NCBI GenBank assembly: GCA_044225365.1
Contig: JBGAIQ010000017.1
Coordinates: 1-64,000 of the forward strand
Reading direction: 5' to 3'
From: Planctomycetota bacterium
Lineage (GTDB): Bacteria; Planctomycetota; B15-G4; JADJEK01
DNA: 64,000 nucleotides
This document shows, in pieces, positions 10,408 through 20,404 of the stretch. The position numbers and the translations under genes are program-made. Position 1 is the stretch's first letter, and the number at the start of each line of letters is the position of its first letter. The notes beneath the pieces are model-generated. The model had not been told where the DNA came from and did not search any database. It saw nothing but the letters and a program-made list of their open reading frames with translations.

Positions 10408-11682
10408 TCAGGGTGCGGGATAGCGCCAGAAGTCGGCGGGAGGGACGCGTTCGTTCTTCGGGGCGAGCACGACCGCGAAGCCGATCGCGGTCGGCGCCAG
10501 ATCGCGTCCGCGCTCGTTGAACTGCGTGCCGCCGTAGCGCGTTCCCGATCCCGCGAGATGGAACTCGACGAAACGCTTCGACCCAAGATCGAAGGTCGCC
10601 GTTCCGCCGAGCGCGAGTTCGACGCCTCGCTCCTGATCGGTCGGCTTCCCCGCGTCCTTGAAGTTCGACACCGACCACTTGCCCTTCGCGTGGGTCCGAG
10701 TCGCGCCGGAGAACTCGATCCTCATGCGGTCGCCATCGAGACCGACGACCTTTGCGCGCAGGCTCGCGACCTCGATCTCCTTGTCCTCGTACGCCGGACT
10801 CTGCCCTCGCACGGTGTCGACGAAGTGCAGCGCGGCGAATCGCTTCACCAGCGATTCATCGACATCGCGCGCTGCGCCCATCGCCGCCTCCGGCACGAAT
10901 GCGAGTACCTCGCTGCCGCGAAGCCAAGCGAAGTCGACGTTGTAGGCGGTCGTTCGCCAGTCGTCGCCGACTTGCGGGCGATCGAGATCGCGGCAGAACA
11001 CTTTCAGCACGGTGCTGTCGGTCGGTTGCCGCGAGACGAAATCGGAACCGCCGGTCGGCGCATCGGAATCGAGGTCTGCGAGCCACTTGTCCGCATCGCT
11101 CATCGCGTCCCACTTGGCGATCGCGGCGTCGAGCATCGCGGAGACGCGCTTCACGCTGTTGCTGTTGATCGAGGCCAGCAGCACTCCGCTCGGCGCGCAG
11201 GCGTAGATGCCTTGCCGCGTGTCGCTCGGGAAGACGCGGCCCGCGTAGTGGCCCTGCTCCGCGATCTTGCGGAAGAGATCGCAGTCGCGACCCTTTTCGT
11301 GATGCAGTCGCCACACTTCGTCCGCCACCGGGACGAAGCGCTTCATCTGCTCTGCGATGTGACTGTCTGCCCAGACCGACCGGCGGGCGATGATTCCGTT
11401 GTTTCAGGTACACCCGAGCGGGTGACCGTTCATCGCCCAGAGCAGGATCGGGCGCTTCTCTCGTTGCGCTTCCTTGACCGCGTCCCAGAAGACCGTGCGC
11501 CATCCGAGGGAACGGAATGCCAGTTCTTCGTCGCCCGGAAGGACCTTGCGTTCGATGGCGGCGAAGTCGATCGCGGGATGCGCGTCGTCCCGCGGGAGCG
11601 GAGTCGAAGCGATCACGATTGCGGCTGCGGCGGCGAGGAGAACGAAGAGGATCCTCGTTCTCGAGAGGGCGTAAGCCTTCAC
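10408..11682 (-). CDS. Putative exported thioredoxin-fold selenoprotein, 424 aa, with UGA (Sec) at codon 93
   Basis: GTG start at 11682 overlaps the DUF1501 stop (GTGA). After a signal peptide the frame reads WDAVKEAQREKRPILLWAMNGHPLGCT-TGA-NNGIIARRSVWADSHIAEQ and runs in frame into ORF 10408..11346. Confidence 0.75.
11369..11388 (-). promoter_or_regulatory. Candidate bacterial SECIS hairpin
   Basis: The minus strand reads GCCCGCC-GGTC-GGTCTGGGC at +19..+38 counting from the U of UGA: a GC-rich stem with a GGUC apex. Confidence 0.6.
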
Positions 11683-13094
11683 GCGAGGATCTCCTTCACC
11701 ACCTGACCAGCGACGTCCGTGAGTCGGAAGTCGCGTCCGGCGTAGCGATAGGTCAGCTTCGTGTGTTCGATGCCGAGGATGTGCAGGATCGTGGCGTGAA
11801 GATCGTGGACGTGCACCTTGTCGACGCTCGCGTAGTAACCGTAGTCGTCGGTAGCGCCGTAGTGGAATCCGCCCTTCACGCCGCCGCCCGCGAGCCACAC
11901 GGTGAAGCCGTGCGGATTGTGATCGCGGCCATCCTTGTCTTGCGCGGTCGGCGTCCGTCCGAACTCGCCACCCCACATCACGAGCGTGTCTTCGAGCAGG
12001 CCGCGCACCTTGAGATCCTTGATCAACGCCGCGATCGGCTGATCGACCTCCATGGCGTTCTTCGCGTGATCGGCCTTCAAGTTCGAATGCTGGTCCCACT
12101 TGTAGCTGTGGGTGCATTGGATGAAGCGCACGCCCGACTCGGCGAAGCGACGGGCGAGGATGCACTGTCGCGCAAAGTTGTCGGTCGGGGCCTGATCGAC
12201 GCCGTACATCTGCTTCGTCGCTTCGGTCTCGTTCGAGAGATCGAAGAACTGCGGCGCGACCTTCTGCATGCGGAATGCGAGCTCGAACGAACGGAGTCGC
12301 GCTTCGAGCGCCGAGTCGTTCTCATGGAGTTCGAGGTGCTCGGCGTTGAGGTCCTTCACGAGATCGAGCTGCATGCGTTGGACCGCGTCATCGATCTTCT
12401 CGTTCTTCAGATGCCGAATGCGGGCGTCCTTCGCGGGCACGCTTGCGTTACCGATGGGCGTGCCCTGGTAGACGCCGGGCAGGAAGGCCGACGACCAGTT
12501 GTTGACGCCGCCATGACCGAGCGTCGGGCAGATCGTGAGGAAACCGGGAAGGTCGCGGTTCTCGCTGCCCAGGCCGTAGAGGATCCAACTGCCCATGCTC
12601 GGGCGAACGAACGTGTCCGATCCCGTGTGCATCGCGAGCAGCGCGCCGCCGTGCGCCTCGTTCGTACCCCAGAGGGAGTGGATGAAGCAGAGGTCGTCGA
12701 CGACCTCACCCACCTTCGGAAAGAGGTCCGACACCGGAGTGCCCGACTCTCCGTAGCGCTTGAACTTCCACGGCGAACGCAGCAGGTTTCCTGTCTGCGC
12801 GAACTGGATGCGCGGCTTGGGGAACGGGAGCGGCTTACCGTCGTCGCGTTCGAGCAATGGTTTGTAGTCGAAGGTGTCGACCTGCGATGGCCCACCGTGC
12901 ATGAAGAGGAAGATCACCCGCTTCGCGCGCGGCGCGAACATCGGCATGCGCGGGGCCATGGGATCGAGCGCCCCGGCCCTCGCCATCTCGGGAAGCAGCG
13001 CTTGTGCAGCGAGCCAACCGAAACCGCCCGACACCGCCTTCAAGAGACTGCGCCGACTTGGACCGCAGCACGGGTCGCGAGGATCAGTCGACAT
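11679..13094 (-). CDS. DUF1501 family protein (Tat-exported, sulfatase-like fold)
   Basis: Tat motif SRRSLL; AKRVIFLFMHGGPSQVDTFDYKP; WGGEFGRTP; GRDHNP; HDLHATILH. Confidence 0.92.
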   Translation of the reverse strand: MSTDPRDPCCGPSRRSLLKAVSGGFGWLAAQALLPEMARAGALDPMAPRMPMFAPRAKRVIFLFMHGGPSQVDTFDYKPLLERDDGKPLPFPKPRIQFAQTGNLLRSPWKFKRYGESGTPVSDLFPKVGEVVDDLCFIHSLWGTNEAHGGALLAMHTGSDTFVRPSMGSWILYGLGSENRDLPGFLTICPTLGHGGVNNWSSAFLPGVYQGTPIGNASVPAKDARIRHLKNEKIDDAVQRMQLDLVKDLNAEHLELHENDSALEARLRSFELAFRMQKVAPQFFDLSNETEATKQMYGVDQAPTDNFARQCILARRFAESGVRFIQCTHSYKWDQHSNLKADHAKNAMEVDQPIAALIKDLKVRGLLEDTLVMWGGEFGRTPTAQDKDGRDHNPHGFTVWLAGGGVKGGFHYGATDDYGYYASVDKVHVHDLHATILHILGIEHTKLTYRYAGRDFRLTDVAGQVVKEILA

Positions 13095-16000
13095 AGACGA
13101 ACTCCGAACTCGCGAAGAGCGCCTGGCAGAACGTCGCGAAGGCGTGAAGTGGACGGTCGTCCTGTGCGGGCAGACTCGATGCGACCGAATCGAGATACCG
13201 CACGATGCGATCGCGCTCGACGCTCGTGGGATCGCGAAGCAGGATGCGCTGGAACGCGAGAGCGATTCGCGCGTCGCGATCCTCGTTCGCGGCGAAGATG
13301 CTCTTGGCGAGCGCCATGCTCTGCTCGATCGCGAACGGGCTGTTCATGAGCCACAACGCCTGACTCGCGATCACCGACTGCGGGCGCTGATCGAGCGGCA
13401 CGCTCGGATCGGCGTAGTCGAAGGTCGAGAGGAACTCGTACATCGCGTTGCGAATGACCGGCAGGTAGAGCGTGCGCCGTGGGATCACGTATTCGCCGCG
13501 ATCGGCGGACTGATCGTTCGTGACGTAGTCGCGATCGTTCGTCTTCAGCACGGTTCCGCCGATCGTGCGGTCGAGCGTGCCGGCGATCGCGAGCATCGAA
13601 TCGCGAATCTGCTCGGCGTCCATTCGCCTCCGCGGAAAGCGCGAGAGCATGCGATCGTCGACGTCCTTCTCGAGCGACTCCTTCGATGCGGTCGGCGCCG
13701 CGCGATACGTCGTCGAGAGGACGATCCGTCGATGCACCGCTTTCAACGACCATCCGCTCCGCATCAGTTCCCGCGCGAGGTAGTCGAGCAGTGCGGGATC
13801 GGACGGCTCTTCGCCGCGGAACCCGAAGTTGGAGGGCGTGTGCGACAGACCGCTCCCGAAATGGAACTGCCAGAGGCGATTCGCGATTACGCGAGAGGTG
13901 AGGGGATTGTCCTTCGACGTCAGCCAGTGCGCGAACTGCAGTCGCCCGCTCTGACCCTCGGGAATGGGCTCGAGTGTCGCGAGATCGGCGAAGACCGCGG
14001 GCACGGCGCGAGACTGCGCAGTCGCTTCCTTGTTCAGATGGCTGCCGCGAATGTGGACCGGCAGTTCGACGACCTTGTCGTCCTTCACGCCCATCACGCG
14101 ATCGAACTCGGGCGGCTTCCTCGCGTCGATCCCGGCGAGGACGGCGACGGCTTTGTCGATGTCCTCGCGTTCCTTCGCAAGGAACGCGCTCGGGTCCTCG
14201 ACCTGCGATTTCCCGATCGGGCCGCGCTCGGAGATCAGGGACTTCACGGCTTCCTGATACGAAGCGTCCGCGAGGAGGGCTTTCTTCGCTTCATCGGCTT
14301 GCGCGGGGGTTTGCGCGGCGAGAGCAGTTTCGACTCGCTTGGAGAGTTCGATCGCGCGAGCCTTGTCGGCGCCGCCTCGGGCGAGCCACTCCGCGGTGCT
14401 CCGGAGCAAGCTCGGGTCGAGGCCATTCGAGTTCGAAGCGGGCCAGGACTCGCCGCCCTTCGTCTCGGGATGGAGCAAGAGCGTGTTGACGTGCGGGAAG
14501 TGCTGCGGCTCGTTCGGGATGCGTTCGAGGCGCAAGGTGACCCTCGTCGCAGCGGCCTCGAAGGATCCCACGGTCGCCCACTGGCGATGCTCGGACTTGA
14601 ATCCGCCGGTCGCGACTTCGAGCGCTCGCTCTGCGATCGGCGCCCCGTCCGCGAACACGCGGATCGGTCGCGACTCCCCGCTCGCGTAGCGGATCTCGAG
14701 CGCATAACGGCCCGGCGCGGGGAGGTCGATCGCGTACTCCGCGAACTGCTGCCCGGCCTGATGGGTGTGGATGAAGCCCACATCGGCGTTGCCGAACTGC
14801 TCGTGATCGATTCGGAGGTTGCTCGACGCGAATTTCTCGGCGTCGAGCACGACGGCGTGCGAGGCCGCGTCGGCGACGGCTTCGATCGCCTTGCCGAGAC
14901 CGCGCAGCAGCGCGAGTTCGCGATTCGTTCGCGCCTCGCCGCGCAGGTGTTGCAATGCGCCATCGGCATCGCCTCGTTCCTTGCGCCACGCGTCGCGTGC
15001 GGCGATCGCACCGGTTGTCGCGAGCTCGCGCTCGCGCCAGCGCGACAGGAATCCCAGGTCGTCGAAGGTACTCGTGCTGCGGAAGATCCCGCCGAGTGCG
15101 TAGTAATCGCGCTGCGTGAACGGGTCGAACTTGTGATCGTGGCAGCGAGCGCAGGCGAGGGTCACGCCGAGGAAGGTCTTGCTGACGACGTCGATCTGCT
15201 CGTCGACGGTGTCGATGACGAGCTTCTCCTTGTCCTGTTCGGCGAGCATCTTCGGCCCGAGCACGAGGAAGCCCGTCGCGGCGAGCTGTTCTCGCAACTG
15301 CTTCGTGTCCACGGATGAACCGCTCGCGCTCTGCGAAGGCTCGGGGAGGAGGTCGCCCGCGAGCTGCTCGGTGATGAAGCGGTCGTAGGGTTTGTCGTCG
15401 TTGAAGGACTGCACGACGTAGTCGCGGTAGCGATAGGCCAGCGAGTACGCCAGGTTCTCGTCGACGCCGTTGCTGTCGCTGTAGCGGACGAGATCGAGCC
15501 AGAAGCGAGCGAAGCGTTCACCGTACTGCGGCGACGCGAGGAGCCGATCGACGACTCGCTCGAACGCATCGGGAGCCTCGTCCTTCAGGAACGCGGCGCA
15601 CTCCTCCGGCGTGGGCGGCAGTCCGGTGAGGTCGAGCGTCACGCGGCGCAGCCATGTGCGTCGATCACAATCGTTGGGAACGGCGATTCCGCTCTTCTCC
15701 AGTCGATCGATCACGAAGCGGTCGATCGGATCGCGCACCCGCGAGGCTGCGGCGCCGTTCGCGAGACTTGGGGGAGTCGGGTCGGCGATCGGACGGAATG
15801 CCCAATGCTGGCGGCCCGCAACGAGATCGATCTTGCGCGGAGCGGAGGGACTCGACGTCGATCGGAACTCCGGCGCCTTGTCGCGCGGGTCCGGCGCTCC
15901 CATCGCGATCCATTTCTCGAGATCGTCGATCTCCGGATCGGGCAGCTTGCCGCGCGGCGGCATGTGGACGTCGGGATGCGTGTAGCGCACGGCCTTCACG

Positions 16001-16272
16001 AGGAGGCTGTCCGCGGAGTGGCCGGGAACGATCACGGGTCCCGACTCGCCGCCTCGTTCCCAGCCCGGACGGGAATCGAGCGCGAGCCCGCCCTTCGTCG
16101 TGCCGGCGGACTCGCTGTGGCACTCGAAACAGTTCTGGACCAGGATCGGTCGGATCTTCGATTCGAAGAACTCGTCATCGGTCCTCGCCCACGCTGAGGG
16201 CGGCGCGACTGCAATGGCGGCGAGCATTGCGACGTCGATGCTCGAGCGGTGCGATCGAGTGGGAGTCGGCAC
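13084..16272 (-). CDS. Planctomycete cytochrome c / DUF1549 (PSCyt2) / DUF1553 (PSD1) protein with a CBM-like insert
   Basis: FFESKIRPIL..CFECH, HWAFRP, LRRVTLDLTGLPPT, CARCHDHKFDP, NPLTSRVIANRLWQFHFG and RRMDAEQIRDSML. The start codon is uncertain. Confidence 0.92.
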   Translation of the reverse strand: MPTPTRSHRSSIDVAMLAAIAVAPPSAWARTDDEFFESKIRPILVQNCFECHSESAGTTKGGLALDSRPGWERGGESGPVIVPGHSADSLLVKAVRYTHPDVHMPPRGKLPDPEIDDLEKWIAMGAPDPRDKAPEFRSTSSPSAPRKIDLVAGRQHWAFRPIADPTPPSLANGAAASRVRDPIDRFVIDRLEKSGIAVPNDCDRRTWLRRVTLDLTGLPPTPEECAAFLKDEAPDAFERVVDRLLASPQYGERFARFWLDLVRYSDSNGVDENLAYSLAYRYRDYVVQSFNDDKPYDRFITEQLAGDLLPEPSQSASGSSVDTKQLREQLAATGFLVLGPKMLAEQDKEKLVIDTVDEQIDVVSKTFLGVTLACARCHDHKFDPFTQRDYYALGGIFRSTSTFDDLGFLSRWRERELATTGAIAARDAWRKERGDADGALQHLRGEARTNRELALLRGLGKAIEAVADAASHAVVLDAEKFASSNLRIDHEQFGNADVGFIHTHQAGQQFAEYAIDLPAPGRYALEIRYASGESRPIRVFADGAPIAERALEVATGGFKSEHRQWATVGSFEAAATRVTLRLERIPNEPQHFPHVNTLLLHPETKGGESWPASNSNGLDPSLLRSTAEWLARGGADKARAIELSKRVETALAAQTPAQADEAKKALLADASYQEAVKSLISERGPIGKSQVEDPSAFLAKEREDIDKAVAVLAGIDARKPPEFDRVMGVKDDKVVELPVHIRGSHLNKEATAQSRAVPAVFADLATLEPIPEGQSGRLQFAHWLTSKDNPLTSRVIANRLWQFHFGSGLSHTPSNFGFRGEEPSDPALLDYLARELMRSGWSLKAVHRRIVLSTTYRAAPTASKESLEKDVDDRMLSRFPRRRMDAEQIRDSMLAIAGTLDRTIGGTVLKTNDRDYVTNDQSADRGEYVIPRRTLYLPVIRNAMYEFLSTFDYADPSVPLDQRPQSVIASQALWLMNSPFAIEQSMALAKSIFAANEDRDARIALAFQRILLRDPTSVERDRIVRYLDSVASSLPAQDDRPLHAFATFCQALFASSEFVYVD

Positions 16273-16388
16273 GCGCGGTCTCGCAGGGAGGGGTGGGTCG
16301 GCGAGGGAACGGGGTCAAGGATATTCGATCGCGACCGCTCGGACAATCGAACCCAGAAGAAGGTGTGCGATCTGATAAAGAGGATCAC

Positions 16389-17498
16389 GTGACACCTCGC
16401 GCCAAGAAGGTTCTCGTCTTCGCCCCGCTGTGGATCGTCCTCTGCGCCGTGCTCTTCGCGACGGTTCGATTCGTGCGCACCAGGAACGCCCCGCGCATTC
16501 CGCCGCCGTTTCCCGTCTGTACGCCCGACGCCGTCTTCGGTCGAGTCCTGAAACCGGGTTTCGCTGGACGACACGTCACCGATGAGTTCGCGGTCGGAGT
16601 GCGCGTCAATTCGCTGGGAATGCGCGGCCCGGAGATCTCGAAAGAGAAGCGGAAAGGGACGTTTCGCGTCGCGTTCGTCGGCGATTCGTTCACTTTCGGC
16701 TGGGGCGTCGAAGTCGAGCAGTCGTTCGTGGGGCAACTGCGCGAGCAATGGCAGGACCGGATTCCGAGGGTCGAGGTCCTCGATTTCGGAGTGCCCGGGT
16801 GGAGTGCGGATCAGGTCCTCGTACTCCTGCGTCGGCAGCTCTTCGACTTCGAGCCCGATCTCGTCGTCCTGCAGATGTGCGTGAACGACCTACCGGGTCT
16901 TTGCGATCATGTCTGCGAGATCGACGACGACAAGCTGCCGCTCGCGGTGCAGATGAAGCCAAAACTCACGCAGGATGAACTGCGCGAAGCCTTGCTCGAA
17001 CTGAAGCGGGAGCGCGGCGTCGAACTCGCCGACATGCAGAAGGAGATGACCGAGCAGCAGATCGACGACTACGTGCGCACGATGCTGGAGAAGGCGAAGC
17101 GCAAGCGCGCCGTCCTCTCGGGCGAGGCGCCCGTCGGCGAGATCGCGCGGCTCTCGAGCGAAGAACTCGCGCGGGCCCTCGACTCCGGGCCCGTCTTCCA
17201 GGCGAGATATCTCGTTCATCTGCTGGAGGCGATGGAGAGCGAGTGCTCGAAGCGCAAAGTCCCTCTGCGCTTCATGCTGATCGATGACGGATCGAGCGAC
17301 GACGGCGAGAAGGCAGCGCTCAGGAGTGTCCGCGCATGGCTCGAGACCAAGGGCGACGCCTACCTCGACGCCGATCGCTTCCTGCCGTTCGCGCGGTCGA
17401 GCGACTTCTTCGAAAGCGATCCGCATTGGACGGTCGAGGGGCACCGCAAGGCCGCGCTCGAGATTCGCGATTGGCTCGAACCTGCCCTGCCGCGATGA
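16389..17498 (+). CDS. SGNH/GDSL hydrolase family protein, membrane anchored
   Basis: N-terminal TM, NSLGMRG, GDSFTFG, CVNDL and DPHW..GH; GTG start after GAGGA. Confidence 0.82.
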   Translation: MTPRAKKVLVFAPLWIVLCAVLFATVRFVRTRNAPRIPPPFPVCTPDAVFGRVLKPGFAGRHVTDEFAVGVRVNSLGMRGPEISKEKRKGTFRVAFVGDSFTFGWGVEVEQSFVGQLREQWQDRIPRVEVLDFGVPGWSADQVLVLLRRQLFDFEPDLVVLQMCVNDLPGLCDHVCEIDDDKLPLAVQMKPKLTQDELREALLELKRERGVELADMQKEMTEQQIDDYVRTMLEKAKRKRAVLSGEAPVGEIARLSSEELARALDSGPVFQARYLVHLLEAMESECSKRKVPLRFMLIDDGSSDDGEKAALRSVRAWLETKGDAYLDADRFLPFARSSDFFESDPHWTVEGHRKAALEIRDWLEPALPR

Positions 17499-17501
17499 GT
17501 C

Positions 17502-17954
17502 TCACATCCGTTCCCAGATCTTCTGGCTGCCGTTCGAGTAGCGCAGCAAGAGATGGGATTCGTCGACGCTGTAGCGCGCGACCGCGATCCAGTCGCCTCC
17601 CTCGGGCTTCAGGTAGAGGATCTTGTCTTCGCATTTCCACGCGCCGTCGGCGCGATCCTCTTCACGATCGACCAGGCTCGAGCCCGAATCACCCGCCGCC
17701 GCGGCGCCGCCCTCGCGATAGGCACCGTCCTCGGCGAGCCACAGCCGATCATCGACCGCGGCGGTGAAGTCTCCGCTCGCGTAGGCGTCGGTGTGCCGCC
17801 AGGCTCCCACGAGCCGACGGTCGATGTCTTCGGTGGCCTCCTCCGCTTGATCGCGATCGTCACGATGCGAACCATGGGAGGACTCGGAATGACAGGCGGA
17901 ACGCAGAACGGCGAAGAGCACGGCAGCGACGCAGAAGACGCGATTGCGGGACAT
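17502..17954 (-). CDS. Hypothetical exported or lipoprotein, beta-rich
   Basis: Hydrophobic N-terminus with Cys, lipocalin-like LVGAW start; fits the gap between neighbouring genes. Confidence 0.6.
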   Translation of the reverse strand: MSRNRVFCVAAVLFAVLRSACHSESSHGSHRDDRDQAEEATEDIDRRLVGAWRHTDAYASGDFTAAVDDRLWLAEDGAYREGGAAAAGDSGSSLVDREEDRADGAWKCEDKILYLKPEGGDWIAVARYSVDESHLLLRYSNGSQKIWERM

Positions 17955-18054
17955 GGGATTCCATCCTCGACGCCGCGGGACTGGGGTGCGGCGATGCCGA
18001 AGGAGGCGGAAGCGGCCTCGGCTTCCGACACGGAATCCAACGTTCGCGGGATGG

Positions 18055-19479
18055 CTACTTCGCGGCGGTATGGAAACGGACGAGCACGGGGATCAGGGGG
18101 ACACCGCCCTTGCTCGCGAAGCCCTTGAACTTTGCGTTGTTCAAGCCGAACTCGTAATCGTGATCCGGTGCCAACGTGACCGGAATCGTGAAGACGCGCG
18201 CCGACGCATCGAAGCCCAGTTTGCGCTTCTTGTCGACCGGCGGAAACGCGTCCCCGCCGCCCGTCACCGAATAGGAGCCCACGGTCATCTCGCGATCGAA
18301 ATGGATCACGATCTCCGTCGTGGTCGGAGGAACGGCCGTATCGCCGTTGGGCGGCGAGATCGACTCCACGTGGGGCGCGGCCGCCGCGGCAGCGGAGGTC
18401 TTCGTGGCGAGGTCGGCGTAGAACTCCGCGATGCGCGGCGCAAAGGCGCCGAGATTCGGATACTTGGCGCGCTGCTGTTCGAACTGGGCGAGGAGCGCCG
18501 AAAGATCGCGAACCCAGGTGAAGCCGCGTTGCTCTTGCTCCGCGAGTTCCTTCTCGACCGCGGCGGCGTCTTCGAACTTCGCGAGGTAGCGGACGACGCT
18601 CGCACGGACCAGCGATTCGTAGAGCACGATCTTCCACGTCGCGTACGCCTGCTGGGCCATCACGGTCGCAACGCTCGGAAAGATCGAATCACCTTGCTTC
18701 TCGAGGTCGGCGAAATGCGCGTCGATCACCGGGTTCGCGTACGAATGGCAGAACTCGTGGACGATCGTGGAAAGGACGTCGTCGGGAAAGATCGGCACCC
18801 CGTCGTCGTCGTACTCCCAGCAACCGATGCACGGTGTGATCTCCTCGGGCGCGTCGACGAGTCGAACGCCTTCACCGTAGTTGCATCCTCCGAGGAGCAG
18901 TCCGGGATGGACCGTGAACGAAGCGCCCGCATTCGAACCAAAGAACTCGGTGAACCACTCCGAGTGGAGCTTGCGGGCGAGCAGGTCGCTCATGCGGGAC
19001 TCGACGGTTGCGAACAACTTCGAGTGCGCGGCGAAGAACTCGTCGAAACCGCTCTCGGTGCGAAACTGCTGGACGACTTTCAGGAACGCGGAAGCGCTCT
19101 CCTTGGTGAAGCGCGAATCGAGGCGCGTCATCCACTCGCCCTTCGGTCCGTCGAGCGACAGCGTCTTCCAATCCCGAACGTGCATCGCGAGGCTTGCGAC
19201 GGCATTGAACGAGACACCGTGCTCCTCGCGCAGCTTCCTCGCCGCTGCGATCGCAGCGTGGTCTTTGAAATTCGAGAAGTGCTTGCGGACGTCTTCGGAG
19301 TAGGGCGACCTCGAGTTGGGCTGGTTGTACTCGTTGTTCCCCGCGAGTCGGAACACCGTGGAGAGCAACTCGAGCCGGGGATCGACCTTCACCGCGATCG
19401 CGACCTCGTCCACCGTGGTGTGCGCGGGAGTGTGGAGCGCGGCGAGAAGCAAGCTCATCGCGATGAATCGAGACAGCAT
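18055..19479 (-). CDS. DUF4932 domain protein with HExxH motif and C-terminal Ig-like domain
   Basis: Signal peptide, VDPRLELLSTVFRLAG, HEFCHSYANP, YESLVRA; C-terminal SISPPNG..IVIHFDREM. Confidence 0.78.
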   Translation of the reverse strand: MLSRFIAMSLLLAALHTPAHTTVDEVAIAVKVDPRLELLSTVFRLAGNNEYNQPNSRSPYSEDVRKHFSNFKDHAAIAAARKLREEHGVSFNAVASLAMHVRDWKTLSLDGPKGEWMTRLDSRFTKESASAFLKVVQQFRTESGFDEFFAAHSKLFATVESRMSDLLARKLHSEWFTEFFGSNAGASFTVHPGLLLGGCNYGEGVRLVDAPEEITPCIGCWEYDDDGVPIFPDDVLSTIVHEFCHSYANPVIDAHFADLEKQGDSIFPSVATVMAQQAYATWKIVLYESLVRASVVRYLAKFEDAAAVEKELAEQEQRGFTWVRDLSALLAQFEQQRAKYPNLGAFAPRIAEFYADLATKTSAAAAAAPHVESISPPNGDTAVPPTTTEIVIHFDREMTVGSYSVTGGGDAFPPVDKKRKLGFDASARVFTIPVTLAPDHDYEFGLNNAKFKGFASKGGVPLIPVLVRFHTAAK

Positions 19480-19547
19480 CGAAAGTCCTCCATTCCGAAA
19501 TGGCGATGGCGGTATTCCAGCCGGTCGACCGGGGGATTCCAAGTTCG

Positions 19548-19964
19548 TCAGTCGATCAGGGCCGGCAGGAGTGCTTGCCGTTCGCGCCACATGAGGAAGA
19601 GGCAGACCGCCGCGAGCGTCGAGACGAGAAGGGTCGCCGGCATGGGGAATCCGAAACACACATCCATCACCGCGATGTTGAGAGCGATGGGGAAGTACAT
19701 GAGATACCCAAGGCGGCGAGTCCTGGGGATCAGCACGAGCAGCGCCGCGACGACTTCGCCCATCCCGATGAAGATCGTGTACGGCCAGGACCACCCGAAG
19801 AACTTCCAAACCATCGTGCTGCCGACGTCGGTGGCGCTGTCGATGTGAAGCGAGTCGCCGTGGATGAACTGCCCGCCCGTGAGCTTGAGAAGACCGTAGA
19901 GAAGAAATGTCGCGGAGAGGAAGAGGCGAAGCAACAGCGCAAGCGGATCGCGAATCGAGCTCAT
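19548..19964 (-). CDS. DoxX-like membrane protein
   Basis: About four TM segments, YGLLKL and FIGMGEVVAALLVLIPRTRRLG; GGAG Shine-Dalgarno upstream. Confidence 0.75.
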   Translation of the reverse strand: MSSIRDPLALLLRLFLSATFLLYGLLKLTGGQFIHGDSLHIDSATDVGSTMVWKFFGWSWPYTIFIGMGEVVAALLVLIPRTRRLGYLMYFPIALNIAVMDVCFGFPMPATLLVSTLAAVCLFLMWRERQALLPALID

Positions 19965-20404
19965 GAGGCTCCTCCGGCCTCAGGAACGACGCGAGGTGGC
20001 GGAGGGTTCCCGTTCGCCACTCGCGAACGAGCTGTCACCAAAATGTGCCAGGCCTCGCGGCGAACCGAAAGGCCTGGCAACCCTATTTGGAGCACGAGTG
20101 GAACTCGGCTCACCCGGATCTTGATGACCGTTCACGATTTGGCGGGTCGCAGGCCCAGCGGAATCGTGAACAGTCATATTGTTCGTGCTTGCTGTGCTGT
20201 CCGTCGTGGGAAGTCGACGGCGGCACAAAGGGCGAAGTCGTGCTGCCGAGGTCGGTCTTCGAGTACGCGGCCACGCGAGTTGCCGAACTCATTGGCGTTG
20301 CATCTGCGTCGAATAGTTTTCGAAAAGTTCCAAAGATCTGCAGCTCTGGTCGCGCTCACGTTTCATTGGCAAAATCTCGGCAGGGAAGTTCGAAAAAGGT
20401 TTTC

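Noticed and set aside
11404-12165. 253-aa ORF as given in the ORF track
   Set aside because: Its first 161 codons are a shadow frame over DUF1501. Only the part from the GTG at 11682 looks protein-like.
9166-15318. Long opposite-strand ORFs (9166..11706, 11517..13349, 12874..15318) and similar ones elsewhere (e.g. 50759..52870, 55428..57629)
   Set aside because: They are Arg-rich antisense shadows of well-supported genes, as expected in high-GC DNA, and carry no recognisable motifs.
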